From Lineus longissimus (lineage: Eukaryota), in NCBI RefSeq assembly GCF_910592395.1, contig NC_088308.1, positions 2,294,001 through 2,358,000 on the forward strand: a stretch of 64,000 nucleotides of DNA. Reading direction: 5' to 3'. Shown one piece after another: positions 18,011 to 28,516 of this stretch (the first letter of the stretch is position 1; every line of letters starts with the position of its first letter). The notes beneath the pieces were generated by a model. It worked only from the letters and a program-made list of their open reading frames with translations. It had not been told where the DNA came from and did not search any database. The translations under genes and the position numbers were made by a program.

Positions 18011-18732
18011 TGGTGGAGACAGGGATGGAAAACTCAACAATTCGGGAGTCGATTTCTAATCTTCTTTTAACACCATAACATGGGGTTTTCTGAAATAGTA
18101 CAAACATGTGTCACAATCAGAAACAGTACATCACAACCATACTTGTAGTATACAAATGTCCTCAAATTTGTCTTTCCTACAACATGGTCTTACACGGAGA
18201 ACTAAAACCTACATATTACTGTCACACAGATCATTGAAAGCAGTCCTAAATATTCTCACAACTTAGTACATGACATAATGATATTGGTACTGTAAAATCG
18301 CTGGGAGACGTTGCTCCTATACACAGAGTGCATGCTCAATGCATAGATGTACGCATCGCACGAGGCGCGCACTCATCGAAACTTCTGGCGAAGCATTCAA
18401 GACAACGGACAATCAAACCTTGATTTTGATGTACACCTTTAACTATTCTGAATGACAGTGGGCTAGGGGTTTCTATACATATTTTGCTTTTACCTGAATC
18501 TTGAAACCTCCCGATTCAAATCATAAAGAGTTACAAAAAACCCACAAAAAAGAGGGACGAAGTCCGCGAAGACCTTCCCTGACAAATCGAAAATGGCTGA
18601 AGCGCATGTTACGTCATCGCAACTCACGACGCGGGGTTGTCTCAGCGCGCGCGCAAGTTAAAGTTAGCGAAAGAACATGTCAAAGGTGACGATAGGCAAA
18701 TAACTGGGAAAATAGGCGCAATATTCAAAACA
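18011..18732 (-). repeat. 3' LTR of the BEL/Pao element
   Basis: Matches 24527-25248 with no difference I could find by eye. Confidence 0.96.
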
Positions 18733-18888
18733 TCCTCCGGGCGCCAAAGGACGCGCTTATGATTATAACGCGGACGCATTAATTTTTTATGATATAGAAA
18801 TAGAAATGTCTATAATAGACTAAACTTGGAATGACGGAATATGATGATGGAATATGGGGCGAGACCAATAGGCACAAAAACACAATAT

Positions 18889-21800
18889 CTATTGGTCCTC
18901 ATGAACCACCTCCTCACTTCCAACGAAATCACTGTCCTCACCATCACACTCTAGGATAGGAACACATCTCTGAATTGAACGATTCCTGAAACCGGTCTTG
19001 ACTTTGACGCGAACATTGCGGATGACACCGTCGTCTCCAGGGAATACTTCTACGATTCGACCTAGCTCCCATTGACCGCGCACTGCACTTGGATCAACCA
19101 AAAGGACAATGTCACCAACCTGAACCTCTCTGTCCTTCCGAAGCCACTTAGACCTTCTTTGCAATGTGGGCAAATATTCCCGAACAAACCGTGTCCAAAA
19201 CTGATTTACCAAACTCTGGGTAAATTCAAATCTCTTGTGGAGATTTTTGGTTGGGTTGAATGGACCTTGTGGCGTTTCAGCCGATGCTCTTCCAAGAAGA
19301 AAGTGGTTGGGCGTTAAGGGCTGTAAATCATTGGGATCATTTGAACTATAACCCAATGGCCTGGAGTTGACCAGATTCTGGACCTCCGCGAATACTGTGG
19401 ACATTTCATTCCACGTGAGGGTTTGTTGTCCAACAACTAACTTGAGACCTTTCTTGACCAATTTTACAAGTGATTCATAAAATCCTCCCTGGTTTGGACT
19501 TAGAGGGGTTATAAAACGCCACTTGACTTGGTGGAGGACGGCAAACCTTTGAATTTGCTCTCGCCCTTCCTGTACAAGTTTTCTTAGCTCCTTCTCCGTG
19601 CTGATAAAGGAGCTACCATTGTCTGAGATGATAGTTGACGGCCATCCATGATGCGAGACAAATCTCCTGAAGGCATGGAGAAATGCCTGAGTGGACAAAT
19701 TTTCCACAATCTCAAGATGTACTGCCCTTACAGTACCACAGGTGAAGATGGCTCCCCAAGCCTTCGTGCTCTTATTTCTACCACATTTGAGGAAGAATGG
19801 ACCAAACAGATCAAGGCCTGTAGTACTGTAGACTGGAGCAAACAATGCAAGACGCTCACTGGGTAGGTCAGCCATCCAAGGGACCAGTGGAGACTTGCGC
19901 AATTTCCTACACACCACACAATCTCTAACAATCTGACGTGCCAAATTCCGACCTCTCAGAAACCAGTACTTTCTCCGGCCATGGCAGAGAGTACTTTCAG
20001 ACCCGCAATGTCCATTTTTCCAGTGGACATTTCTCATCAACAATCTGGAAATGTGGCAAGATGCTGGGAGGAGAAAAGGATGATTTTCATCATAGGACAG
20101 CGGAGACTTGCGAAGACGACCTCCTACCCTGAGCAAACCCTGATTGTCCTCAAAGGGAGCCAGATCCTTGCAACGAGTTTCCCAATCAATGAGCCCTCTC
20201 TGCGCAGTAGAAACCCAGTACCTTTCAGCTCTTTCTCGTTCTCCTGGTTCAAGCTCTCCGGTCTTTATATCCTCCTTTCTTGCCCTGGCCCTCAGATTAC
20301 CAAAGAAGCGGAGGCACAATGCTGTCACATTGATAAGTCTAGGCCAACTTGAATAGTCTTCACACTTGATTGGTGGAACAATCTTCACAGCTGATGCAGA
20401 CATATTGGGGGGTTGTCTTTCCGGTCTCTTCTCACAATCCCTTTCAGCAATCTTCGACGGCTGAGCTGGCCAATGTGTCTCTCCTTTCCTCAGAAACTCT
20501 GGCCCCTCAATCCAGCGACCGGCCATCTCTTCTGGTGTCAATCCCCTGGTGAGATCATCCGCAGGATTCTGGGCTGTTGGGACAAACTTCCAAACTGAGG
20601 GATCCCAGGTTGCCTGAATTTCAGCAACTCTTACCCCAACAAATTGCTTCAAGGAGAGAGAGTCAGACTTGACCCAGTGGAGGACAATCTCAGAATCAGA
20701 CCACAAGTGGACCTCAGGCTTGGTACGCAGCTCAGAATGAATAGTCTTAGCCAGACGTGAGGCAATGAGAGCTGCCATCAGCTCAAGGCGCGGAATTGTG
20801 GTTTGGTGGAGTGGGGCCACCCTAGCCTTAGACGAGAACAGGCGGACGCTAATACCATCAGCTGTTGGCCACAGCATGTAGGCAACAGCCCCATATGCAT
20901 GAATGCTGGCATCCCCGAAAACATGAAGTTGGGGAATTCCAAATGCGTCGTCTGGTTTAACTGACCTAGGGACAGACACTGTCTCAAGTTGTTTGAAACT
21001 GGAGAAAATCTCATTCCATCGCTGAACCTGGTCGGGGGGCAGACCAGTGTCCCAACCAAAGTCCTTGAGTCTCCAAATGTCCTGCATGGCAATTTTGGCA
21101 GTGATTGTGACTGGGGTAGCAAGACCAAGTGGATCAAAGAGAGTTGACAGATGAGACAATACAGACCTCTTAGTCAAAGACGAGTCAGGTGGATCCTTCA
21201 CCTTGAAATGAATAAAATCAGTGCTATGATCCCAAGAGACCCCAAGGGTCTTGACACTATCGTTACCGCTACCTCCAAGACTAATAGACTCACCACTATG
21301 CACACTAGCTGGCTGACCTTCAGGTTTACCGATACCACGAGAAATGTACCACTCCTTGACTCTGAAGCTCCCTGTCGCTAGGATTTCATCAAGATCACTC
21401 ATCTTGCCTCGGGCAACGTCTGTCTTTCCACAGGAATGTATCAGGTCGTCCACGTATCGATCTTCTTCTAGGACCTGGGCAGCCTCCGGATGAGACGTCT
21501 TGTGGCGCTCAGCTATCTTCAACATCACTAGGCTCGCCATGTCAGGGGATGATCGATCACCAAATGCAACTCTGGTCAGCTTGAAGATTTCAGGGTCTCT
21601 TGTGTCATCCCGGTTTCGCCACAGAAAACGATGCACCTCGGTATCCTCAGGCTTCAACAAAATCTGAAGGAACATTTTAGAGATGTCACCCACAATAGCA
21701 ACTAAGTCCTCCCTGAACCTAAGCAATACTCCAAACAAGTTTCCAATCAAATTTGGGCCCTTATATAGAAAAGAATTTAAGGAGACACCCTGGAACTGAC

Positions 21801-24486
21801 AAGCTGGGTCAAAGACTACTCTTAGGGGTGTGCTGAGTTTATCAGGACGGTATATGCCATGATGCGGCAGATAAAACCTAGGCCTCTTCTCAAGATCACA
21901 GGGGTCAACCCTTACGGCCCATCCCTTGTCGACATACTCCTCGACGGCGGCATCATAAAGCAAAGCCTTCTCTGGAGTACGAGACAGACTCCTTTCCAAA
22001 GAGATTAGCCTCTTCTTGGTCAGGCAATAATTGTCAGGCAAGAGACAGGGATCTCTCTTCCAGGGTAAACCGATCATGTATCGGTCCCCCTCCAGACTCA
22101 CAGATCTCTCCAACAGCGCTAGAGACTTCCTGTCCTCTGAGGACATGGGATCAACAGGGCATTGACAAGTTGGGGCTCTGACCCCAAGCACCTCCAGATC
22201 ATACAAGTCAGACATATCGACCTTCCTAACCAGATTCACAGACAGCCGCTTAGGGGCCTTCCCCTCAGAACCGATTACATACCAACCCAGTGGGATGCGC
22301 TTGGCTATGGGCTCAAAATCCAATCCACGCCTGACCTCTTCCTCTGAGTGGAGATGACTGTACTGAACCCCCAATATTAGGTCGACTGGACCACCAGGGT
22401 GGGAGATGTTCAAATCCCTGAGATGAGAAAATGAATGCAAATATTCCATGTTCAAAGGTGAGACCTCAGATACTGTGCAATCCATCTCATGAGCCTCAAC
22501 TAAGTGCTCCTCCCCTCCATCCAAATGGGAAATCCAGAACTTTAGTCTACGACTATCCTGCTGGCCCTGCTGTGACCCACCAACAACTTGAACTTCAATG
22601 GGCTCGTTCTTGCCCTGGAGGCCCAAACCTCTTGCAAAATCCCTCCGGATAATGTTGGTCGTTGACCCTGAATCAACCAAGACATTCCCCTGCCTGATCC
22701 TACCATTCTCAGCCCTAAACAACACCCTAACTACAGGCAGAATACCATTTTTGTCAATAGCCGCTGTGGCAGAACCTGAAAAAGGAGCAGACTGGACAAT
22801 CGGAGGTGGAGAGTCAACATGTAGCATCACATGATGCCACCTAGTGCATCCAGCTTTCCCACATTTCCTCTTCGACCTGCAGTCTTTAGCTCGATGACCC
22901 CTGACAAGACACGAAAAACACAGATTATGTGTCTTGACAAGATTGTGACGTTCTGAGACTGAATTACTGACAAATGTGGGGCACTCAGGCACCTTGTGTG
23001 GCTCAGAGCAGATGTAACACTTATACTTGACAGCCTGCGCAGCAAAGGAGCGACTACCGGTACCTTGCTTTTCATACTTACTACCAGCAACACCCTTGTC
23101 AGTGGAGCGGAGATCCCCAAAGTCTGGGTCGCACTTTGCCCTGACTTTCTTGCGTAGGAAATCGGACAGATCGGTTATTGATGGCGCGCGTATAGGGTCA
23201 CGCTCGCGAATATGGGCGGCTGTGTCCTGCCACTTGTCAATGAGGTAATCAGGGAGACGCTGGACGATGCGGCGTAGAGTTGCAACGGCGTTCACATCAG
23301 CGAAGTACTGGAGGCGCTGCAGACCTGCGATGACATTAATAACATCAATGGAGAAATCACGAAGTGCATCTCTAGAATTATCAATCTTTTTACCCCTTGC
23401 AATTCTATCAATAAAGGCACGAGCAACTACACTGCGGGCCCCAAATTGGTCCTTAAGTTGTTTCAACGCGGTTGCATACATCACACCTGCACATCCTAAA
23501 CCAGCTATCAAACGTTCAGCATCACCAGAGAGATGCATTCTCAATTGCGCAAGACGGGCATCATCTTTGAGATGTGGTTTCTCATGAATGTGTAGTTTAA
23601 AGCTATCGATAAAGTCTACATAATCGATCGCTTTACCGCTGAACGATTTTATCTTTAATGTAGGAATGTCTCTACCCGCCTCTATGCGATAGAGGGCAGA
23701 CGCTATAGTCAATTCACCACTGACACCACCGGGCAATACCGTCTCTTGAAACTCCACCAGTTCATCGATCCACCGGTCGAAGGTGGGCTCTGGATCCAAC
23801 GCGACTCCGGCAGAGAGTCGAACACCAGACCGAATCGAAGACGGGCTGGCAAGCGGTACACCAATGGACGGTGTACTTGACAGCGACAATGGACCAGCAG
23901 CAGTCATCACTGGGGACAAGCCGGGTGGCGGACCAAAACCAGGTGGCAACGTAGCAGGAACAGTCGGCAGCGAGGCGGAAAACAGCCCAGGAGGGGCCGT
24001 CGTGGCAGCAGCAGCAGTAGTACCACTTGGCAGCGACACAGGAACCAGTCCAGCAGGGGGCGACGTGATGACAGCAGTGACTGGCGGCAATGACACAGGA
24101 ACCAGTCCAGCAGGGGGCGACGTGATGACAGCAGCACCGGATGCAGGCCCACTAGTAGAAGCTGTGGGGGAAGGTGGCCGAGCTTTGGTCAGCTTCGATT
24201 GATGGGCAGCGGCTTCATCAATAAAGTTGTAATACACCTCAATCAGTTCCGCCTCCCAATGAACAAATGCATCAGCATCCGTCGAATCTTCCTCCACCAG
24301 CGAAATCATATCAGTATTGATGTCACATGCCTGTCTAAAGTCCGCTGCAAGGGCATCCAGTTCTCGCTCAAGTCTCAGCAGCGAAATCGTGTCCTTATCG
24401 ATGTTCTCTTTAAGGCGGTTGATAGCCCTCGTGCAACGGGCACGCAGTCCTTTGCGTTTGCTCTTTAAGTCTTCCATCGGCGCCAT
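18889..24486 (-). CDS. BEL/Pao gag-pol polyprotein (1865 aa from the first ATG)
   Basis: Uninterrupted ORF. Gag with three Cys/His knuckles (CYICSEPHKVPEC, CFSCLVRGHRAKDC, CGKAGCTRWHHVMLH), protease VLVDSGS, RT GDISKMFLQ and YVDD, Pao RNase H LHVFGDAS..AYG and IPRLEL, integrase HHCC plus DLFGP, SDNG and ESLVK, C-terminal LTPNHFL..FW..F.REYL. Confidence 0.97.
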   Translation of the reverse strand: MAPMEDLKSKRKGLRARCTRAINRLKENIDKDTISLLRLERELDALAADFRQACDINTDMISLVEEDSTDADAFVHWEAELIEVYYNFIDEAAAHQSKLTKARPPSPTASTSGPASGAAVITSPPAGLVPVSLPPVTAVITSPPAGLVPVSLPSGTTAAAATTAPPGLFSASLPTVPATLPPGFGPPPGLSPVMTAAGPLSLSSTPSIGVPLASPSSIRSGVRLSAGVALDPEPTFDRWIDELVEFQETVLPGGVSGELTIASALYRIEAGRDIPTLKIKSFSGKAIDYVDFIDSFKLHIHEKPHLKDDARLAQLRMHLSGDAERLIAGLGCAGVMYATALKQLKDQFGARSVVARAFIDRIARGKKIDNSRDALRDFSIDVINVIAGLQRLQYFADVNAVATLRRIVQRLPDYLIDKWQDTAAHIRERDPIRAPSITDLSDFLRKKVRAKCDPDFGDLRSTDKGVAGSKYEKQGTGSRSFAAQAVKYKCYICSEPHKVPECPTFVSNSVSERHNLVKTHNLCFSCLVRGHRAKDCRSKRKCGKAGCTRWHHVMLHVDSPPPIVQSAPFSGSATAAIDKNGILPVVRVLFRAENGRIRQGNVLVDSGSTTNIIRRDFARGLGLQGKNEPIEVQVVGGSQQGQQDSRRLKFWISHLDGGEEHLVEAHEMDCTVSEVSPLNMEYLHSFSHLRDLNISHPGGPVDLILGVQYSHLHSEEEVRRGLDFEPIAKRIPLGWYVIGSEGKAPKRLSVNLVRKVDMSDLYDLEVLGVRAPTCQCPVDPMSSEDRKSLALLERSVSLEGDRYMIGLPWKRDPCLLPDNYCLTKKRLISLERSLSRTPEKALLYDAAVEEYVDKGWAVRVDPCDLEKRPRFYLPHHGIYRPDKLSTPLRVVFDPACQFQGVSLNSFLYKGPNLIGNLFGVLLRFREDLVAIVGDISKMFLQILLKPEDTEVHRFLWRNRDDTRDPEIFKLTRVAFGDRSSPDMASLVMLKIAERHKTSHPEAAQVLEEDRYVDDLIHSCGKTDVARGKMSDLDEILATGSFRVKEWYISRGIGKPEGQPASVHSGESISLGGSGNDSVKTLGVSWDHSTDFIHFKVKDPPDSSLTKRSVLSHLSTLFDPLGLATPVTITAKIAMQDIWRLKDFGWDTGLPPDQVQRWNEIFSSFKQLETVSVPRSVKPDDAFGIPQLHVFGDASIHAYGAVAYMLWPTADGISVRLFSSKARVAPLHQTTIPRLELMAALIASRLAKTIHSELRTKPEVHLWSDSEIVLHWVKSDSLSLKQFVGVRVAEIQATWDPSVWKFVPTAQNPADDLTRGLTPEEMAGRWIEGPEFLRKGETHWPAQPSKIAERDCEKRPERQPPNMSASAVKIVPPIKCEDYSSWPRLINVTALCLRFFGNLRARARKEDIKTGELEPGERERAERYWVSTAQRGLIDWETRCKDLAPFEDNQGLLRVGGRLRKSPLSYDENHPFLLPASCHISRLLMRNVHWKNGHCGSESTLCHGRRKYWFLRGRNLARQIVRDCVVCRKLRKSPLVPWMADLPSERLALFAPVYSTTGLDLFGPFFLKCGRNKSTKAWGAIFTCGTVRAVHLEIVENLSTQAFLHAFRRFVSHHGWPSTIISDNGSSFISTEKELRKLVQEGREQIQRFAVLHQVKWRFITPLSPNQGGFYESLVKLVKKGLKLVVGQQTLTWNEMSTVFAEVQNLVNSRPLGYSSNDPNDLQPLTPNHFLLGRASAETPQGPFNPTKNLHKRFEFTQSLVNQFWTRFVREYLPTLQRRSKWLRKDREVQVGDIVLLVDPSAVRGQWELGRIVEVFPGDDGVIRNVRVKVKTGFRNRSIQRCVPILECDGEDSDFVGSEEVVHEDQ
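24033..24136 (-). repeat. In-frame 57-bp-period duplication in the low-complexity gag linker
   Basis: AVITSPPAGLVPVSLP occurs twice. DNA GACACAGGAACCAGTCCAGCAGGGGGCGACGTGATGACAGCAG is repeated. Confidence 0.85.
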
Positions 24487-24526
24487 GTCGATCTTCACCA
24501 GTGCAGAAGCAGGATTCAGAAAAGAA

Positions 24527-25248
24527 TGGTGGAGACAGGGATGGAAAACTCAACAATTCGGGAGTCGATTTCTAATCTTCTTTTAACACCATAACATGGG
24601 GTTTTCTGAAATAGTACAAACATGTGTCACAATCAGAAACAGTACATCACAACCATACTTGTAGTATACAAATGTCCTCAAATTTGTCTTTCCTACAACA
24701 TGGTCTTACACGGAGAACTAAAACCTACATATTACTGTCACACAGATCATTGAAAGCAGTCCTAAATATTCTCACAACTTAGTACATGACATAATGATAT
24801 TGGTACTGTAAAATCGCTGGGAGACGTTGCTCCTATACACAGAGTGCATGCTCAATGCATAGATGTACGCATCGCACGAGGCGCGCACTCATCGAAACTT
24901 CTGGCGAAGCATTCAAGACAACGGACAATCAAACCTTGATTTTGATGTACACCTTTAACTATTCTGAATGACAGTGGGCTAGGGGTTTCTATACATATTT
25001 TGCTTTTACCTGAATCTTGAAACCTCCCGATTCAAATCATAAAGAGTTACAAAAAACCCACAAAAAAGAGGGACGAAGTCCGCGAAGACCTTCCCTGACA
25101 AATCGAAAATGGCTGAAGCGCATGTTACGTCATCGCAACTCACGACGCGGGGTTGTCTCAGCGCGCGCGCAAGTTAAAGTTAGCGAAAGAACATGTCAAA
25201 GGTGACGATAGGCAAATAACTGGGAAAATAGGCGCAATATTCAAAACA
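24527..25248 (-). repeat. 5' LTR of the BEL/Pao element
   Basis: On the - strand it begins TGTTTTGAATATTG and ends CTCCACCA. It matches 18011-18732. Confidence 0.96.
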
Positions 25249-26011
25249 ACAAGGGTTAAGAAAAAAGACAATGTAAGGACCCATTATGGCATAGCAGGCC
25301 AACAGGCATACAAGGTCTTCGACCTTATACAATGATATAATGATGGTAAAGCCAGAACAGCAGGCAAAGTGATATGAGTTCCAAGTCTGATACCCATGTG
25401 ATAGTCACTTTTTCAAGCTCATTTCTTCAAGCACACTTTCAGTTTCATACACTTACCAATCTCAGACTGTACATCGAATAATCAATGCATACATCCAATA
25501 ATCCAGTTATTTTTTACAGCCGAGAAACGAGGCAATTTTTTCAACATGATCAGACAGTAGCGATCAGACCATAGTAAAATACGAAATAAGACTGAGTGGT
25601 AATCTGCTATAAAAATACGAAGTTTTAAATGCCTAAAGGAAACATGCCCATATATTTTCTTTCATAATTAATGTTCATACGGTATCCTGTTTCATATTTT
25701 ATATTCGATAAGGAATATACCATGCAGGGAGACTTGTATGGTTCTTTCATTCAGAGGGAGGCTGTCACAGCATAGGAAGACAGCAAAGGTACATGTGGCA
25801 TGATTTTTCAAATCAGGTATTGGGACAGGGAGGTGTAAAGTTGGCTGCATTGCTCATGTGGATAACAGACTATAAACCCAGGATAATTCAATAGCAAGAT
25901 AAAACAAGGGCAATGGATGTTTTTCAAATAGCTTGATCAAAGAACTTTATTCTCGTTCAAGGTTCACTGATGTTAAAAAATTACCTTGTTGTACTTGTAG
26001 ACAACACCCTG

Positions 26012-26332
26012 CAGGCCTCTCAATTGCACTCTGGCTACACCCTCTAGGGTGTGCCCAAATTGACTGGTGCCCAAATTACAGTACTTTTAAAATATGCCCA
26101 AGTTAAGGTGAAAATGAGAAAAAATGAAAGAAATACAGGATTTCACATGTTTAGAGGCTATAACAGTGTAAGAGTAATATTCTATCTGGCTACATAACCA
26201 TATGGAATCATTTTTTTTAAATACTTTTATGATTTACTCACCTATGAATGGATTTTTCAAGGACACTGGTGTGCCCAAATTCAAAATGAAAAATAGAGGG
26301 TGTCACCGAAGTCTGTGCAATCGAAAGGCCTG
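26012..26332. mobile_element. MITE with 18-bp TIRs and 5-bp TSD
   Basis: TIR CAGGCCTCTCAATTGCAC pairs with GTGCAATCGAAAGGCCTG (2 mismatches), and CCCTG flanks both sides. A related fragment lies on the opposite strand at about 3030-3104. Confidence 0.7.
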
Positions 26333-27376
26333 CCCTGCCTGGATCAAATATAGGTGTTATGTCCAATGACCTTTGGTATAGAAAGAAGACTTGGATTGGA
26401 CCCGATTCGAAAAATAAATTGAAACTTAGTGCATGTACACACGTCAATAACTGATCAAATCAAAACCATATTCTACCCAGGATGAGAACAATCTCTCCAA
26501 AACTGGGGTGATTATTCAAAGTGCTATTCAAATAACTAGAGGTGGCATGATTTCGCCCATAGCATAACTAGTTAGCACTCATTCGGAGAGATTAGGCCTA
26601 CTTCCTAAGAAATGGCATACTTCATAATAGCTTATAAAACTTTGAAATGAATTTGTTGACATTAGAATGGGTAATCCAATTGAAAATATTGACATTTGTA
26701 AAGTAGAAGACAGTAGGTACCATTAGTATGTGAACTCTAAAATTCCCAGACAAAACTTCTACTTACTACTCATTCGAAATGGTTCATATTATTTCTTGAG
26801 TAGAATACATAATCGAGAGAAGTATGCTTAAAAAAATAACATTTTAGCTCACCAAGTGCATTTTTGGTTGATATCGGACCAAGAGGGGTATTTCCTGACG
26901 TGAAGACTAATCTGACAAGTCTAATCGGAAAAGGATCTTCAAAGTCACTTTCTCACAGCTTCTGCATGATTAAATAAAGATTAGTGTATAGCTGAAGAGT
27001 TCCTTTTGATGATGGTAACATCTGATGCCACGCCGACATGAGCCAACATTAGCAACCGGCCAGGTTCTGATTTGGTGGCGCCATTAGCCAATCACTGAAT
27101 CAGTGAACAAGCTTTGTGAAAGGGATGGGATTTTTGTCAATTGTTAGGCTATATACTGCTGCCGGTACCACATAGGCCCACTAAACACTAGACACATTGA
27201 GGAGGATAAAATCTCAAACATTCAAAGACTGAGAGAGATACTGCCTTGAATGAGATTTCGTATTTAATTTTTGATCGAGGCAAAGCAGGCCGCGAACTTG
27301 CTCCCTTTAGTCTGGTTACTCCAAGATACGAGAAATAACAAGAGAGAGCATACACTACATAATAGTCAGATACCTA

Positions 27377-27548
27377 CAGTAGAACCTCTCTATTTAAGGA
27401 CACCCTCGGGACTGACCCGTAGCTGTCCAAAGACTATGAGAGCCAGGTGTCCTGATTTATACTTAGAGACTAGAGAGAGGTCAAATTGGAATGGAAACAA
27501 CCAATCTGGGATCAGAAGTCGTGGCCTTAACAGAGAAGTGCCCGCTTG
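27377..27548. mobile_element. Degenerate pogo/Tigger-like MITE
   Basis: Starts TA|CAGTAGAACCTCTCTATTTAAGGACAC. The decayed complementary end is GTGGCCTTAACAGAGAAG..TG|TA. Confidence 0.55.
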
Positions 27549-28516
27549 TATAGTATATCTAATATAACGTGTAGTCAGTAAAGTAAGTACTAGTGCATCT
27601 GACTGCACTGACATAGGGCCTACGCGGTGTCGGTGGTTCCATGATGGATGCATTGGATGCAGTGCCACTGCCAGTGCAGTGAATGAGTGATGCACAAACC
27701 CGTCATGACATCGCTTTACCATGACATCAGACATGTCCGTATTCAATCCTTTCAGTCTCACCATTGTCAGCGTCCATGACAAATTCCAATGTCAAAGATC
27801 GATCCTAGTCAAATTTCGCGCCTGAAAAGTTCATAAATCTATTATATCTACTTACAGTTATGCGTTTAGCCTGATTTACATATGTGAATAACAGGATTTA
27901 GGTCCAAATCATTGAAAGTCATCTGGACAATCGCCATTTGGAAGCTTAGCCTTAGGTCTCATTGGGGAGTTTTTTTGTAACTGACACAACGTAGTTCCTA
28001 AAAAATAATTGATTTCTTGGTCCTAACAGTGTGCCAGTGTTGATTTAACAAATGTTTTGGCAAAAAAAATTTTTTTGGAGTTTTTGAAACCGTGAGCGCT
28101 ACTCAATAGGCAGCTAACAAGAAATTTCGTATTTTACTGTTGTTACCGACATGTGTACACTGAACGTGGGATGTGCGTCGGCCCCGTGTTGAAATGCCGT
28201 TCACAGTGCCAGTTGGTGCGTTTTTTCGCTGATTTGTGCAAAATTCAACATATCTCAAAAGTTCAATAGTTGACCCTCAATTTATTTTTTATTTTTGTGT
28301 AGCGTAAGCAACTGTCATTCACGGGAGAATGGTCACTGTAAGAATTGTCCAGGAAGAAAGGTATAATATTTGGGGTTTTCCGTGACAGTCCGGCCCGCGA
28401 ATTTGCACATTGCACGAAATGATAAATTTTGACTACTGTATGCAAAACAGCAGGGATGGCTATTCTACTTGTGTCATTTCAACCCATTTTGCATGTATAG
28501 TTTTGTTTGAACATGA

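Larger units (their letters stand above)
18011..25248 (-). mobile_element. Full-length BEL/Pao LTR retrotransposon
   Basis: Two 722-bp direct repeats with TG...CA ends. 5-bp TSD ACAAG at 18006-18010 and 25249-25253. Purine-rich GGCGCCCGGAGGA directly before the 3' LTR on the - strand. Single gag-pol ORF in the order PR-RT-RNaseH-IN. Confidence 0.97.

Noticed and set aside
18501..18689. 62-aa ORF duplicated at 25017-25205
   Set aside because: It lies antisense inside the LTRs with a TTG start, and the duplication reflects LTR identity.
27856..27960. Possible non-coding first exon of the phosphatase gene (- strand GTAAGT donor at 27855)
   Set aside because: Plausible, but several competing donors exist in 25250-28000 and there is no transcript evidence.
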